64,000 bases of DNA from Pseudochelatococcus sp. (GTDB taxonomy: Bacteria > Pseudomonadota > Alphaproteobacteria > Rhizobiales > Beijerinckiaceae), in contig NZ_JBMNUS010000013.1 of the NCBI RefSeq assembly GCF_050946405.1, forward strand, positions 71,443 to 135,442. Direction: 5' to 3'. A model generated the notes under the pieces. That model did no database searches and was not told where the DNA came from. It saw only the letters and a list, made by a program, of their open reading frames with translations. This document shows, piece after piece, positions 9,775 through 19,646 of this stretch. The position numbers were made by a program, and so were the translations under genes. Every line of letters begins with the position of its first letter. The first letter of the stretch is position 1.

Positions 9775-11202
9775 ATGAAGAACGCACATCACTTCTACAT
9801 CGACGGCGCCTGGGTTGCCCCTCTGGGCGGGAGCGCGCTCGACGTCATCGATCCGGCCACGGAGCAGCCGTTCGCCTCGATCGCGCTCGGCACGGCGGCC
9901 GACGCCCGGCGTGCCGTCGCCGCCGCCCGCAAGGCGTTCCCAGCCTTCTCACAAAGCCCGCGCGCCGACAGGCTGGCGCTGCTCGAGCGCATCGCGGAAA
10001 TCCTCAAGCGGCGCAACGACGAGATCGGCGACATCATCTCGCGCGAGATGGGCGCTCCCCGGCAAATGGCGCGCGAGGAACAGGCGGGCAGCGGACGCTA
10101 CCATTTCAGGGAAACGATCCGCGCCTTCCGCGATTTCTCCTTCGAATACATGCAGGGTTCCACGCGCATCGTGCATGAGGCGGCCGGCGTCGTGGCCATG
10201 ATCACGCCGTGGAACTGGCCGCTCAACCAGATCGCCTGCAAGGTCGCGCCGGCGCTCGCCACCGGCTGCACGATGGTGCTGAAACCTTCCGAGATCGCAC
10301 CCCTCAACGCCGTGATCTTCGCGGAAGTGCTGGAAGAGGCGGGCGTGCCGCCGGGCGTGTTCAATCTCGTGCACGGCGACGGGCCGACCGTGGGCGCGGC
10401 GCTGTCGAGCGATCCCGACGTCGACATGGTGTCGTTCACCGGTTCCACCCGCGCCGGCATCGCCGTGGCGCACGCGGCGGCGCCCACGGTGAAGCGGGTG
10501 CATCAGGAACTGGGCGGCAAGTCGCCCAACATCGTCCTGCGAAGCGCGCCGTTCGAGGAGGCCGTGCGCGCGGGCGTTCTCAAGTGCTTCGACAATTCCG
10601 GCCAGTCGTGCAACGCGCCGACGCGCATGCTGGTGCCGCAGGAGCGCATGGACGACGCCGTCCGCATCGCCGCCGCCGCGGCGGACGCCCTGCGTGTCGG
10701 CCCGCCCGACGCGGCCGACACCGACCTCGGCCCGGTCGTCAGCCGCGCCCAGTTCGACCGCATCCAGGCGCTGATCGCCAGGGGCATCGAGGAAGGCGCG
10801 GAACTGGCCGCCGGCGGTCCCGGCCGGCCGGTGCACCTCAATGCGGGCTACTACGTCCGCCCGACGGTGTTCGGGCGCGTCACCAATGACATGACCATCG
10901 CGCGGGAGGAGATTTTCGGGCCGGTCCTCTCCATCATCGGCTACGGCGCCACGGAGGAGGCGGTGGCCATCGCCAACGATACGCCCTACGGTCTTGCCGC
11001 CTATGTGCAGGGCGCGCAGGAAGAGGCGCGCTCGCTTGCCCCGCTGCTGCGCGCCGGCGTGGTGCGGCTGAATGCCTCCGCCTGGGACGGCGCGGCGCCG
11101 TTCGGCGGCTACAAGCAATCCGGCAACGGGCGCGAATACGGCCGGTTCGGCCTGCACGAGTTCAGCGAGATCAAGGCCGTCGTCGGCTTCGACGAGGCGT
11201 GA
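9775..11202 (+). CDS. NAD(P)-dependent aldehyde dehydrogenase
   Basis: ALDH motifs FTGSTRAG, ELGGKSP, and a catalytic-Cys region NSGQSCNAPTR. Confidence 0.9.
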   Translation: MKNAHHFYIDGAWVAPLGGSALDVIDPATEQPFASIALGTAADARRAVAAARKAFPAFSQSPRADRLALLERIAEILKRRNDEIGDIISREMGAPRQMAREEQAGSGRYHFRETIRAFRDFSFEYMQGSTRIVHEAAGVVAMITPWNWPLNQIACKVAPALATGCTMVLKPSEIAPLNAVIFAEVLEEAGVPPGVFNLVHGDGPTVGAALSSDPDVDMVSFTGSTRAGIAVAHAAAPTVKRVHQELGGKSPNIVLRSAPFEEAVRAGVLKCFDNSGQSCNAPTRMLVPQERMDDAVRIAAAAADALRVGPPDAADTDLGPVVSRAQFDRIQALIARGIEEGAELAAGGPGRPVHLNAGYYVRPTVFGRVTNDMTIAREEIFGPVLSIIGYGATEEAVAIANDTPYGLAAYVQGAQEEARSLAPLLRAGVVRLNASAWDGAAPFGGYKQSGNGREYGRFGLHEFSEIKAVVGFDEA

Positions 11203-11240
11203 AAACGGCCGGCGACGGGCCATCATCAGGGGAAAGAACG

Positions 11241-12698
11241 ATGCTTGAGCTTCAGGATGCTTCGCTTCTCGTGTCCCGCTGCCTGATCGGCGGCGAATGG
11301 ATCGCGGGGGGCGGCGAGACGGTCGCGGTCGACGATCCGGCGACGGGCGGGATCGTCGGCCATGTGCCGGCCGCCGGGGAAGCGGAAACCGCGCAGGCGA
11401 TAGCCGCCGCCGCCACGGCGCTGAAGGAATGGCGCAAGCGCCCCGCCGCCGAGCGGGCGGCGCTGCTGGAACGCTGGCACGAACTCGTCCTCGCCAATGT
11501 CGAGGATCTCGCGCGCATCATGACGGCGGAGCAGGGCAAGCCGTTGCCGGAAGCGCGGGACGAGATCCGCTATGGCGCGTCCTTCATCAAGTGGTTCGCC
11601 GAGGAGGCGCGCCGCATCCACGGCGGCACGGTGCCCGCGCCCGCGAGCGACCGGCGCATCCTGACGCTGAAGGAGCCGGTCGGCGTCTGCGCCATCATCA
11701 CGCCGTGGAATTTTCCCAACGCCATGATCACCCGCAAGGTGGCGCCGGCGCTGGCGGCGGGCTGCACGGTGATCGTCAAGCCGTCCGAGTTCACGCCCTA
11801 TTCGGCGCTGGCGCTCGGCGTGCTGGCGGAGCGCGCGGGCATTCCCGGCGGCGTGATCAACATTCTCACCGGGCTGCCGCAGGCCATCGGCAAGACCCTG
11901 CTGGACAGCGACATCGTGCGCAAGGTGTCGTTCACCGGCTCCACGCGCGTGGGCTCGCTGCTGATGGCCGGCAGCGCGCCGACGGTCAAGCGGCTGTCGC
12001 TGGAACTGGGCGGCAACGCGCCCTTCATCGTCTTCGACGACGCCGATCTCGATGCCGCCGTCGAGGGCGCGCTGGCGTCGAAGTTCCGCAACGGCGGGCA
12101 GACCTGCGTCTGCGCCAACCGCCTGCTGGTGCACGAGCGCATCTACGACGCTTTCGCCGACAGGCTGGCGCAGCGGGTGAACGCGCTGAAGGTGGGGCCG
12201 GGCTTCGCCGAGGGCACGCAGATCGGCCCCATGATCAACGACGCCGCCGTGGAGAAGATCAACGACCACGTGGCGGACGCGCTGGCGCGGGGCGCCCGCA
12301 ACCTGACGCCGCGGACCGATCTGCCGCAGGGGCGCCGCTACGTCGCGCCCGTGGTGCTCGCCGATGCGGCCGCCGGCATGCGCCTCGCGGATGAGGAAAC
12401 CTTCGGCCCCGTGGCGCCGCTGTTCAGGTTCCGCACCGACGACGAGGCGATCGCCTTCGCCAACGGCACGCCCTTCGGCCTTGCCGCCTACTTCTTCACG
12501 CAGAACCTCAAGCGCGCCTTCACGGTGGGCGAGGCGCTGGAATTCGGCATGGTGGGGCTCAACACGGGCAGCATTTCCATGGCGGTCGCGCCGTTCGGCG
12601 GCGTGAAGCAATCGGGGCTCGGCCGGGAAGGCGGGCGCGAGGGCATCGAGGAATATCTTGAGACGAAGGCGTTCCACATCGGCGGCCTGAACGGCTGA
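11241..12698 (+). CDS. gabD: Succinate-semialdehyde dehydrogenase-like aldehyde dehydrogenase
   Basis: ITPWNFPNAMITRKVAPALAAGC, LELGGNAPFIVF and NGGQTCVCANR match the SSADH subfamily. The start is at MLELQD (11241), behind ggggaaag. Confidence 0.8.
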   Translation: MLELQDASLLVSRCLIGGEWIAGGGETVAVDDPATGGIVGHVPAAGEAETAQAIAAAATALKEWRKRPAAERAALLERWHELVLANVEDLARIMTAEQGKPLPEARDEIRYGASFIKWFAEEARRIHGGTVPAPASDRRILTLKEPVGVCAIITPWNFPNAMITRKVAPALAAGCTVIVKPSEFTPYSALALGVLAERAGIPGGVINILTGLPQAIGKTLLDSDIVRKVSFTGSTRVGSLLMAGSAPTVKRLSLELGGNAPFIVFDDADLDAAVEGALASKFRNGGQTCVCANRLLVHERIYDAFADRLAQRVNALKVGPGFAEGTQIGPMINDAAVEKINDHVADALARGARNLTPRTDLPQGRRYVAPVVLADAAAGMRLADEETFGPVAPLFRFRTDDEAIAFANGTPFGLAAYFFTQNLKRAFTVGEALEFGMVGLNTGSISMAVAPFGGVKQSGLGREGGREGIEEYLETKAFHIGGLNG

Positions 12699-12716
12699 AG
12701 CCTCCACGGAGTTGAG

Positions 12717-13793
12717 ATGAGCGACAGAACTTATGACATCGCGGTGATTCCCGGCGACGGCATCGGCAAGGAGGTGATGCCGGAGGGCGTGCGCGCGCTG
12801 GAAGCCGCCGCGCGCCGCTTCGGCTTCGGCATCAGGCAGACGTGGCACGATTTCGCCAGTTGCGATTACTACGCGAAGCACGGAAGCATGATGCCGGAGG
12901 ACTGGAAGGAGCGCCTGGGCCGCCCGTCCGCGTTGTTCTTCGGCGCGGTGGGCTGGCCGGATACGGTGCCCGATCATGTATCGCTGTGGGGATCGCTGCT
13001 GCAATTCCGCCGCGAATACGATCAATACGTCAACCTGCGGCCGGTACGCCTGATGGAGGGCGTGCCTTGCCCGCTCGCCGGTCGCAAGCCGGGCGACATC
13101 GATTTCTGGGTGGTGCGCGAGAACACGGAAGGCGAGTATTCGTCCGTCGGCGGGCGCATGTTCGCCGGCACGGAGCGCGAGATCGTGTTGCAGGAAACGG
13201 TGATGACGCGCCACGGCGTCGACCGCATCCTGCGCTTCGCCTTCGAGCTGGCCCGGAAGCGCCCGCGCCGGCAACTGACGTCGGCCACCAAATCGAACGG
13301 CATCGCCATCACCATGCCCTATTGGGACGAGCGGGTGGAGGCCATCGGCGCGGAATATCCCGAAGTGGCGCACAACAAGTTCCACATCGATATCCTCACC
13401 GCCAACTTCGTTCTCAAGCCGCAGATCTTCGATGTCGTCGTCGGCTCCAACCTGTTCGGCGACATCCTGTCCGATCTCGGCCCGGCGTGCGCCGGCACCA
13501 TCGGCATCGCGCCGTCCGGCAACATCAATCCCGAGGGCGATCATCCGTCGCTGTTCGAGCCCGTGCACGGCTCGGCGCCGGACATCGCCGGCCGGAACGT
13601 CGCCAACCCGATCGGACAGATATGGTCGGCGGCGATGATGCTCGACCATCTCGGCGAGGCGGAAGCCGCTGCGGCCATCGTGCAGGCCATCGAGGCGGTG
13701 CTGAAGGAGCCCGCCTTGCGCACCCGCGATCTCGGCGGCCGCGCCGATACCGTCACATGCGGCAAGGCGATCGCCGACGCCATCGGCGGATAG
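12717..13793 (+). CDS. Tartrate dehydrogenase/decarboxylase (D-malate dehydrogenase) family, isocitrate/isopropylmalate dehydrogenase fold
   Basis: YDIAVIPGDGIGKEVMPEG at the N-terminus, then NLFGDILSDLGPACAGTIGIAPSGNINP. Confidence 0.8.
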   Translation: MSDRTYDIAVIPGDGIGKEVMPEGVRALEAAARRFGFGIRQTWHDFASCDYYAKHGSMMPEDWKERLGRPSALFFGAVGWPDTVPDHVSLWGSLLQFRREYDQYVNLRPVRLMEGVPCPLAGRKPGDIDFWVVRENTEGEYSSVGGRMFAGTEREIVLQETVMTRHGVDRILRFAFELARKRPRRQLTSATKSNGIAITMPYWDERVEAIGAEYPEVAHNKFHIDILTANFVLKPQIFDVVVGSNLFGDILSDLGPACAGTIGIAPSGNINPEGDHPSLFEPVHGSAPDIAGRNVANPIGQIWSAAMMLDHLGEAEAAAAIVQAIEAVLKEPALRTRDLGGRADTVTCGKAIADAIGG

Positions 13794-13801
13794 AGCATCG
13801 T

Positions 13802-13833
13802 GCGTTCAAGCCGATCGATCGGCTTGAACGCAA
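13802..13833. repeat. Perfect 32-bp palindrome tgcgttcaagccgatc/gatcggcttgaacgca directly after the dehydrogenase stop codon
   Basis: Read directly. Each half is the exact reverse complement of the other. Confidence 0.9.
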
Positions 13834-13878
13834 ATTGCTCCGGTGTCGGTAAAATATATTTCAAATCAGCAGGATGCG

Positions 13879-13913
13879 GGACTTCCGCGTTTCGGGAAAA
13901 CGCGGAAGTCCCC
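13879..13913. repeat. Hairpin-forming inverted repeat: 15-bp arms gggacttccgcgttt / aaacgcggaagtccc with a 5-nt loop
   Basis: Read directly. It lies in the same intergenic space as the 32-bp palindrome and just upstream of the cupin ATG at 13931. Confidence 0.9.
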
Positions 13914-13930
13914 TGAACGGGAGAAGCTGG

Positions 13931-14284
13931 ATGAGCAACCTGATCGTGTTCGACCTTGAGAACCTCGGCGCGCCCGAGGAGAGCGAGGCCGCGCCGGAGC
14001 GCCTTGTCGAAGGCCGGCCGACCTACAAGACGTGGGAGAAGGATGTCGTCGACGACGGGCGCATCCGTTCCGGCGTGTGGGAAGCGACGCCCGGCGCCAC
14101 CCGCTCCGTGAAGGGCGAGACGTGGGAGTTCTGCACGATCCTCTCCGGCGTCGTCGAACTGGCGGAAGAGGGCGGCGAGACCCGCCGCCTTGCGGCGGGC
14201 GACACGTTCATCATGCGGCCGGGTTTCGTCGGCGTGTGGCGCACCATCGAGACGGTGCGCAAGCTGTGGGTGATCGTTTCCTGA
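13931..14284 (+). CDS. Small cupin-domain protein (DUF861 / EutQ-like cupin)
   Basis: The 117 aa protein has a cupin-like core GVWEATPGATRSVKGETWEFCTILSGVVELAEEGGETRRLAAGDTFIMRPGFVGVW. The start is moved to MSNLIV because the upstream ATG (13874) sits inside the hairpin repeat. Confidence 0.6.
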   Translation: MSNLIVFDLENLGAPEESEAAPERLVEGRPTYKTWEKDVVDDGRIRSGVWEATPGATRSVKGETWEFCTILSGVVELAEEGGETRRLAAGDTFIMRPGFVGVWRTIETVRKLWVIVS

Positions 14285-14344
14285 TACCCGCACGGCCGGG
14301 TTTGCGACCGCGCCGGCCCTGCTCAAGCCCGCGCGCAGGTCATC

Positions 14345-14377
14345 GGGCCGGATCGCGTCGATCCGGCCCTTTTTCTT
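14345..14377 (+). terminator. Rho-independent terminator candidate
   Basis: GC-rich stem gggccggatc / gatccggccc, a 5-nt loop gcgtc, then tttttctt. It lies between the convergent cupin and aminotransferase genes. Confidence 0.7.
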
Positions 14378-14388
14378 CGCCGCGTCGA

Positions 14389-15729
14389 TTACTGTGCGCG
14401 GTTGAGCGCATCGCCGAGGACGGACACGATCTCGCCGATCTGCTCGCGCTCCACGATCAGCGGCGGCGACAGCGCGATGATGTCGCCGGTGACGCGGATC
14501 AGCACGCCCCGGTTGAGGCAGTCGATGAACACGTCATACGCGCGCGCGCCGGCGGCGCCGGGGCGGGAGGAAAGCTCGATGCCCGCGACGAGGCCGAGGA
14601 CGCGGATGTCGATGACGTTCGCGGCGCTCTTCAGGCTGAAGATCGCCTCCTGCCATTCTTCCGCGAGGCTCGCGCCGCGCGTCAGCAGGCCCTCGTCGGC
14701 GTAGATGTCGAGCGTCGCGATGCCGGCGGCGCAGGCGGCGGGGTGGCCCGAATAGGTGTAGCCGTGGAAAAGCTCGATGGCCGCCTCGGGGCCGGTCATC
14801 AGCGCGTCGTGCACCTTCCGCTGCACGAACACGGCGCCCATCGGAATGGTGCCGTTGGTCAGGCCCTTGGCGGTCGTCACGATATCCGGCGTGACGCCGA
14901 AGTAGTCCGTGGCGAAGGGCGTGCCGAGACGCCCGAAGCCGGTGATCACCTCGTCGAAGATGAGCAGGATGCCGTGGCGCGTCGCGATTTCGCGCAGGCG
15001 CTCCAGATACCCCTTCGGCGGCGGCAGCACGCCCGCCGACCCCGCGAGCGGCTCCACGATGACGGCGGCGATGGTTTCCGCGCCGTGCAGCGCCACCAGC
15101 CGCTCGAGATCGTCGGCCAGTTCCGCGCCGTGCTCGGGCAGGCCCTTCGTGAAGGCGTTGCGGGCGGGGTCATGGGTGTGGCGCAGATGGTCGGCGCCCG
15201 GCAGCAGCGGAAACACGCGCCGGTTGTTGACCAGCCCGCCGACCGAAAGGCCGCCGAAGCCGACGCCGTGATACCCGCGCTCGCGGCCGATGACGCGCGT
15301 GCGCGTGCCCTGCCCGATGGCGCGCTGGTAGGCGATGGCGATCTTCAGCGCCGTGTCGACCGATTCCGAGCCCGAATTGGTGAAGAAGATGCGGTCGAGC
15401 TGCGCGTCCGCGCCGCCCGGCGCGACGGCGGCGAGGCGCTCGGCGAACTCGAAGGCGATCGGATGGCCCATCTGGAACGAGGGGGCGTAATCGAGCGTGG
15501 CGAGCTGGCGCTCCACCGCCGCCGTGATCTGCCGCCGCCCGTGACCGGCGTTGACGCACCACAGGCCGGCCGTGCCGTCCAGCACGCGGCGGCCGTCGAC
15601 CGTGGTGTAGTGCATGCCCTCCGCCGCGGCCAGCAGGCGCGGCGCCTTCTTGAATTGCCGATTGGCGGTGAAGGGCATCCAGTAGTTGTCGAGGGACGGC
15701 GTGTTCGGCCTGTCGGCGGCGGTCGTCAT
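14389..15729 (-). CDS. Class III (omega) aminotransferase, beta-alanine/omega-amino acid--pyruvate transaminase-like
   Basis: The translation from the ATG at 15729 reads MTTAADRPNTPSLDNYWMPFTANRQFKKAPRLL...GLWCVNAGHGRRQI. The rest of the 14389..16452 ORF is upstream read-through. Confidence 0.9.
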   Translation of the reverse strand: MTTAADRPNTPSLDNYWMPFTANRQFKKAPRLLAAAEGMHYTTVDGRRVLDGTAGLWCVNAGHGRRQITAAVERQLATLDYAPSFQMGHPIAFEFAERLAAVAPGGADAQLDRIFFTNSGSESVDTALKIAIAYQRAIGQGTRTRVIGRERGYHGVGFGGLSVGGLVNNRRVFPLLPGADHLRHTHDPARNAFTKGLPEHGAELADDLERLVALHGAETIAAVIVEPLAGSAGVLPPPKGYLERLREIATRHGILLIFDEVITGFGRLGTPFATDYFGVTPDIVTTAKGLTNGTIPMGAVFVQRKVHDALMTGPEAAIELFHGYTYSGHPAACAAGIATLDIYADEGLLTRGASLAEEWQEAIFSLKSAANVIDIRVLGLVAGIELSSRPGAAGARAYDVFIDCLNRGVLIRVTGDIIALSPPLIVEREQIGEIVSVLGDALNRAQ

Positions 15730-15966
15730 GATGAAAGCTCCTCTGGCGGTTTTTCCCGTGGCGGGTGCAGGCAGCGTAATCACGGTTATGATTTGCCAAC
15801 AAGTCCTTTTCTGATGACTGATAACACGTTGAAATATATGGTGGTGCGCGTGGCCGTGTTTCGGTTTTCGAAACGGCTGCAACGCCGGAGGCTTTTCGGT
15901 CTGACGCGTTTTTCTCGCGCGGAGCGGCATCCGCTTCGCTTGGAAACGCTTTATCGCGGGGAGGGA

Positions 15967-16518
15967 ATGTTGATCGACGATCTCGGCGGCCGGCTGCGCT
16001 ACGTCCGCACGCTTCACAATCTGTCGCAGCGGGAACTCGCCAAGCGGGTCGGCGTCACCAATTCCACCATCTCGCTGATCGAATCCAACACCAGCAACCC
16101 CTCGGTGGGCGCGCTGAAGCGCATTCTGGACGGCATCCCGATCAGCCTCGCGGACTTTTTCGGCCTTGAGCCGGCCGCGCCGAAGAAGGCGTTCTACCGC
16201 GAGGACGAGATGGTCGAGATCGGCAAGGGGCCGATATCCTACCGGCAGATCGGCGAGAACCTCGTGGGCCGCGCCATGCAGATTCTCAGGGAGCGTTACC
16301 AGCCCGGCGCGGATACAGGGGTGATTCCGCTGGTTCACGACGGCGAGGAAGGCGGCGTCGTTCTCAGCGGGCGGCTGGAGGTGACGGTGGACGGCGAGCG
16401 GCGCATTCTCGGCCCCGGCGACGCCTATTACTTCGAAAGTCGCCGCCCGCACCGCTTCCGCTGTCTCGGTCCCGTGCCGTGCGAGGTCGTGAGCGCCTGC
16501 ACGCCGCCTACATTCTAG
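15967..16518 (+). CDS. XRE-family HTH + cupin transcriptional regulator (PuuR-like)
   Basis: HTH LSQRELAKRVGVTNSTISLIESN, followed by a C-terminal cupin VVLSGRLEVTVDGERRILGPGDAYYFESRRPHRF. It is divergent from the aminotransferase gene. Confidence 0.85.
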   Translation: MLIDDLGGRLRYVRTLHNLSQRELAKRVGVTNSTISLIESNTSNPSVGALKRILDGIPISLADFFGLEPAAPKKAFYREDEMVEIGKGPISYRQIGENLVGRAMQILRERYQPGADTGVIPLVHDGEEGGVVLSGRLEVTVDGERRILGPGDAYYFESRRPHRFRCLGPVPCEVVSACTPPTF

Positions 16519-16566
16519 AGCGCGCTCCGTTCAAACGGAGAAGGAGTTTCCGGCGAGGCAGCCGGC

Positions 16567-17034
16567 TCATGTTCCGCGTCCGCGGGCGCGGGCGGCGAGC
16601 GCGTTGCGGATCGCGAAGCTCGAATGGATGCGCGACACGCCGGGCAGCGTCGACAGGATTTCGGTGTGAACGCGCTCGAACGCGGCGGCGTTCTCCACCT
16701 CCAAGCGCAGCAGGTAGTCGGCCGAACCCGTCATCAGATAGCACTCGCGAATCTCGGGATGCTTGCGCACCGCCGTCTCGAAACGGGCGAGATAATCTTC
16801 CGTCTGCCGCTCCAGCGTGATGTTGACGATGACGGCCATGGTGGCGTCCGGCAGCGCGTGGTCGATGATGGCCGTGTAGCCGCGAATCACGCCGCTGTGT
16901 TCGAGCTGCCTGATCCGCCGCAGGCAGGCGGAAGGCGACAGGCCGACTTCCCCGGCGAGTCTCGCGTTGCTCATGCGCGCGTCGAGACGCAGCAGGCGAA
17001 TGATGTTGCGGTCGACGGTGTCCAGGCCAGTCAT
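16567..17034 (-). CDS. Lrp/AsnC-family transcriptional regulator (DadR-like by context)
   Basis: MTGLDTVDRNIIRLLRLDARMSNARLAGEVGLSPSACLRRIRQLEHSGVIRGY. It is divergent from the alanine racemase gene. Confidence 0.85.
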   Translation of the reverse strand: MTGLDTVDRNIIRLLRLDARMSNARLAGEVGLSPSACLRRIRQLEHSGVIRGYTAIIDHALPDATMAVIVNITLERQTEDYLARFETAVRKHPEIRECYLMTGSADYLLRLEVENAAAFERVHTEILSTLPGVSRIHSSFAIRNALAARARGRGT

Positions 17035-17197
17035 GCAATAACCTTCCAATTCATCGTTTATTATTGCATGGAATTTCCATTGTTGAAACGATCGTGTGCA
17101 GTTTGCGCATCCATTGCGCGATCGTTGCGGTAGGCTCAATGCCGTTTCGCGGGGCTGCCCTTCGGGGTGGGCGCGGCCCTGCGCCGGGGGTGTTTTT

Positions 17198-18346
17198 ATG
17201 GTCGAAGACGTTTCTCCTGCCGTTGCGCGGCAGATATCCTGCGGCATCCTGACGGTCGATCTCGACGCGCTGGCGCGCAATTATCGCGCGCTGCGCGAGC
17301 GGCTCGCGGGCGTCGCCGCCGGGGCCGTCGTCAAGGCGGATGCCTATGGTCTCGGCGCGGAACAGGTCGCGCCCGTGCTCTATGATACCGGCTGCCGCGA
17401 CTTCTTCGTCGCCCATCTCGGCGAGGCGCTCGCGCTGCGGCCGGCACTGGATGATGACGCGCGGCTCTACGTATTGAACGGCCTGCTGCCGGGAGCGGAG
17501 AACCTGTGCGCCGACGCCGGTATCGTGCCCGTTCTCAACACGCCCGAGCAGGTGGCGAACTGGGCGGCGACGGCGCGGGCGCGCGGCCGGGAACTGCCGG
17601 CGGTGCTCCAGTTCGATACCGGCATGTCGCGGCTCGGGCTCTCCGGCGGCGAGGCGCAGGCGCTCGCGGCCGATCCCGCGCGGCTCGCCGGCGTGCGCGT
17701 CGCTTATCTGATGAGCCATCTCGCCTGCGCCGACGAGCCCGACAACCCGCAGAACGCCGATCAACTCGCGGCGATGCGCCGTTTCGCCGCCCTCTTTCCG
17801 GGGGTGCCGCCGTGCTTCGCCAATTCCGGCGGCATCTTTCTCGGCGCGGATTATCACGGCGCGCTGGCGCGCCCCGGCATCGCGCTCTACGGCGGCGCGC
17901 CGGCGGCGGGCGACGTCAACCCGATGGAACCGGTCGTGCGGCTCGACGTGCGCGTGATCCAGACCCGCACGGTGCCCGCCGGCGCCCGCGTCGGCTACGG
18001 CGGCGCCCACGTCACGGCGGGCGAAACGCGCCTCGCCACGATCGCGGCGGGTTATGCGGACGGCCTCTCCCGCCACCTCGGCGGTCGCGGCGCGGTTTAC
18101 GTCGACGGCGTGCGCCTGCCGATCGCCGGGCGCGTGTCGATGGACAGCATCACCGTCGACATATCGGCGCTGCCGCCGGGAACGTTGACGACCGGCAGCC
18201 TCGTGGAAGTGATCGGCCCGCATCAGACGCTGGAAGACGTCGCGGAAGCGGCCGGAACCATCGCCTACGAAATTCTGACCGCCCTCGGGTGGCGCTACCA
18301 TCGCGACTACGTTCGGACAGCGGAAAAAAACAGGGGAACCGCATGA
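17198..18346 (+). CDS. dadX: Alanine racemase (catabolic, DadX-type by context)
   Basis: PLP-Lys region [12 protein letters not shown], and a C-terminal region [21 protein letters not shown]. The start is the ATG at 17198 within ORF 17096..18346. Confidence 0.85.
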   Translation: MVEDVSPAVARQISCGILTVDLDALARNYRALRERLAGVAAGAVVKADAYGLGAEQVAPVLYDTGCRDFFVAHLGEALALRPALDDDARLYVLNGLLPGAENLCADAGIVPVLNTPEQVANWAATARARGRELPAVLQFDTGMSRLGLSGGEAQALAADPARLAGVRVAYLMSHLACADEPDNPQNADQLAAMRRFAALFPGVPPCFANSGGIFLGADYHGALARPGIALYGGAPAAGDVNPMEPVVRLDVRVIQTRTVPAGARVGYGGAHVTAGETRLATIAAGYADGLSRHLGGRGAVYVDGVRLPIAGRVSMDSITVDISALPPGTLTTGSLVEVIGPHQTLEDVAEAAGTIAYEILTALGWRYHRDYVRTAEKNRGTA

Positions 18347-19602
18347 ACATCGTCATTCTCGGCGCGGGCGTGATCGGCGTCACCTCCGCCTATTATCTCG
18401 CCAGGGCGGGCCACAAGGTGACGGTGCTCGACCGCCAGCCCGGCCCGGCGCTCGAAACGAGCTTCGCCAACGCCGGCGAGATATCGCCCGGCTACGCCGC
18501 GCCATGGGCCGCGCCGGGCATTCCGCTCAAGGCGCTCAAGTGGCTGTTCATGACGCATGCGCCGCTGGTGATCCGCCCGCTGCCGGCCCTTGCCGCGTGG
18601 CGCTGGATGTTCGCCATGCTGCGCGAGTGCTCCGATGAGCGCTACAAGATCAACAAGGGGCGGATGGTGCGCCTGGCGGAATACAGCCGCGATTGCCTCA
18701 TCGTGCTGCGTGAGGAAACCGGCATCGCCTATGATCACCGCACGCAGGGCACCTTGCAGGTCTTCCGCACGCAAAAGCAGTTCGACGGCATCGCCAAGGA
18801 CATCGCGGTGCTGAAGGCGGACGGCGTGCCGTTCGAGGTGCTGGATGCGGCGGGCTGCGTCGCGGCGGAACCCGGCCTCGCGGGGGCGCGGGAGAAGATC
18901 GTCGGCGGCCTGCGCCTGCCCCACGACGAAACCGGCGATTGCTTCAAGTTCACCAACGAACTGCACCGGATCTGCGAGGGGCTCGGCGTCACGTTCCGCT
19001 TCGGCGTCGACATCCGCCGCCTGCGGGTGGCGGGCGGGCGCATCGCCGCCGTCGAAACGGCGGCCGGCGACGTCACCGCCGATGTTTTCGTCGCCGCGCT
19101 CGGCAGCTACGCGCCGGCGCTGCTCGCGCCGCTCGGCCTGCGCCTGCCGGTCTATCCGGTGAAGGGCTACTCGATCACGCTGCCCGTTGTCGACGAGGCC
19201 CGCGCGCCGGTTTCCACGGTGATGGACGAGACCTACAAGGTGGCGATCACGCGGCTCGGCGACCGCATCCGCGTGGGCGGCATGGCGGAGATCGCCGGCT
19301 TCAACCTCGATCTGCCGCCGGCGCGGCGCGCCACCCTCGAACATTCGGCCGAAGACCTTTTCGGCGGCGCGGGAGACCGGCAGCGGGCGACCTTCTGGAG
19401 CGGCCTGCGGCCGATGACGCCGGACGGCACGCCGGCCATCGGCCCGACGCGCTACGCGAATCTCTTCCTCAACGCCGGCCACGGCACGCTCGGCTGGACC
19501 ATGTCCTGCGGTTCGGGCCGCGTGTTGGCCGATCTCGTCGGGGGAACGAAGCCCGATATCGAAACGGCGGACCTCGCGCCCGGCCGCTACGAATCGCGCT
19601 GA
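18343..19602 (+). CDS. dadA: D-amino acid dehydrogenase small subunit
   Basis: [32 protein letters not shown] dinucleotide fold. There is an ATGA overlap with the racemase stop codon. C-terminal [19 protein letters not shown]. Confidence 0.9.
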   Translation: MNIVILGAGVIGVTSAYYLARAGHKVTVLDRQPGPALETSFANAGEISPGYAAPWAAPGIPLKALKWLFMTHAPLVIRPLPALAAWRWMFAMLRECSDERYKINKGRMVRLAEYSRDCLIVLREETGIAYDHRTQGTLQVFRTQKQFDGIAKDIAVLKADGVPFEVLDAAGCVAAEPGLAGAREKIVGGLRLPHDETGDCFKFTNELHRICEGLGVTFRFGVDIRRLRVAGGRIAAVETAAGDVTADVFVAALGSYAPALLAPLGLRLPVYPVKGYSITLPVVDEARAPVSTVMDETYKVAITRLGDRIRVGGMAEIAGFNLDLPPARRATLEHSAEDLFGGAGDRQRATFWSGLRPMTPDGTPAIGPTRYANLFLNAGHGTLGWTMSCGSGRVLADLVGGTKPDIETADLAPGRYESR

Positions 19603-19646
19603 CGCAGCCGGAATGTCCCTTCGTTACGATTGAAATGTAACGGCCG

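Noticed and set aside
14032-15966. The 828-aa ORF 14032..16518 read as one protein. Likewise 17506..18342 as part of dadA, 3063..3845 as part of the FAD oxidoreductase, and 15730..16452 as part of the aminotransferase ORF.
   Set aside because: Only the distal portions carry family motifs and sensible start codons. The upstream parts run antisense or out of frame through neighbouring, well-supported genes.
16519-16566. Small inverted repeat ctccgtt..aacggag between the convergent XRE-cupin and Lrp genes, considered as a bidirectional terminator.
   Set aside because: The effective stem is only about 5 bp once a feasible loop is allowed, and there is no T-tract.
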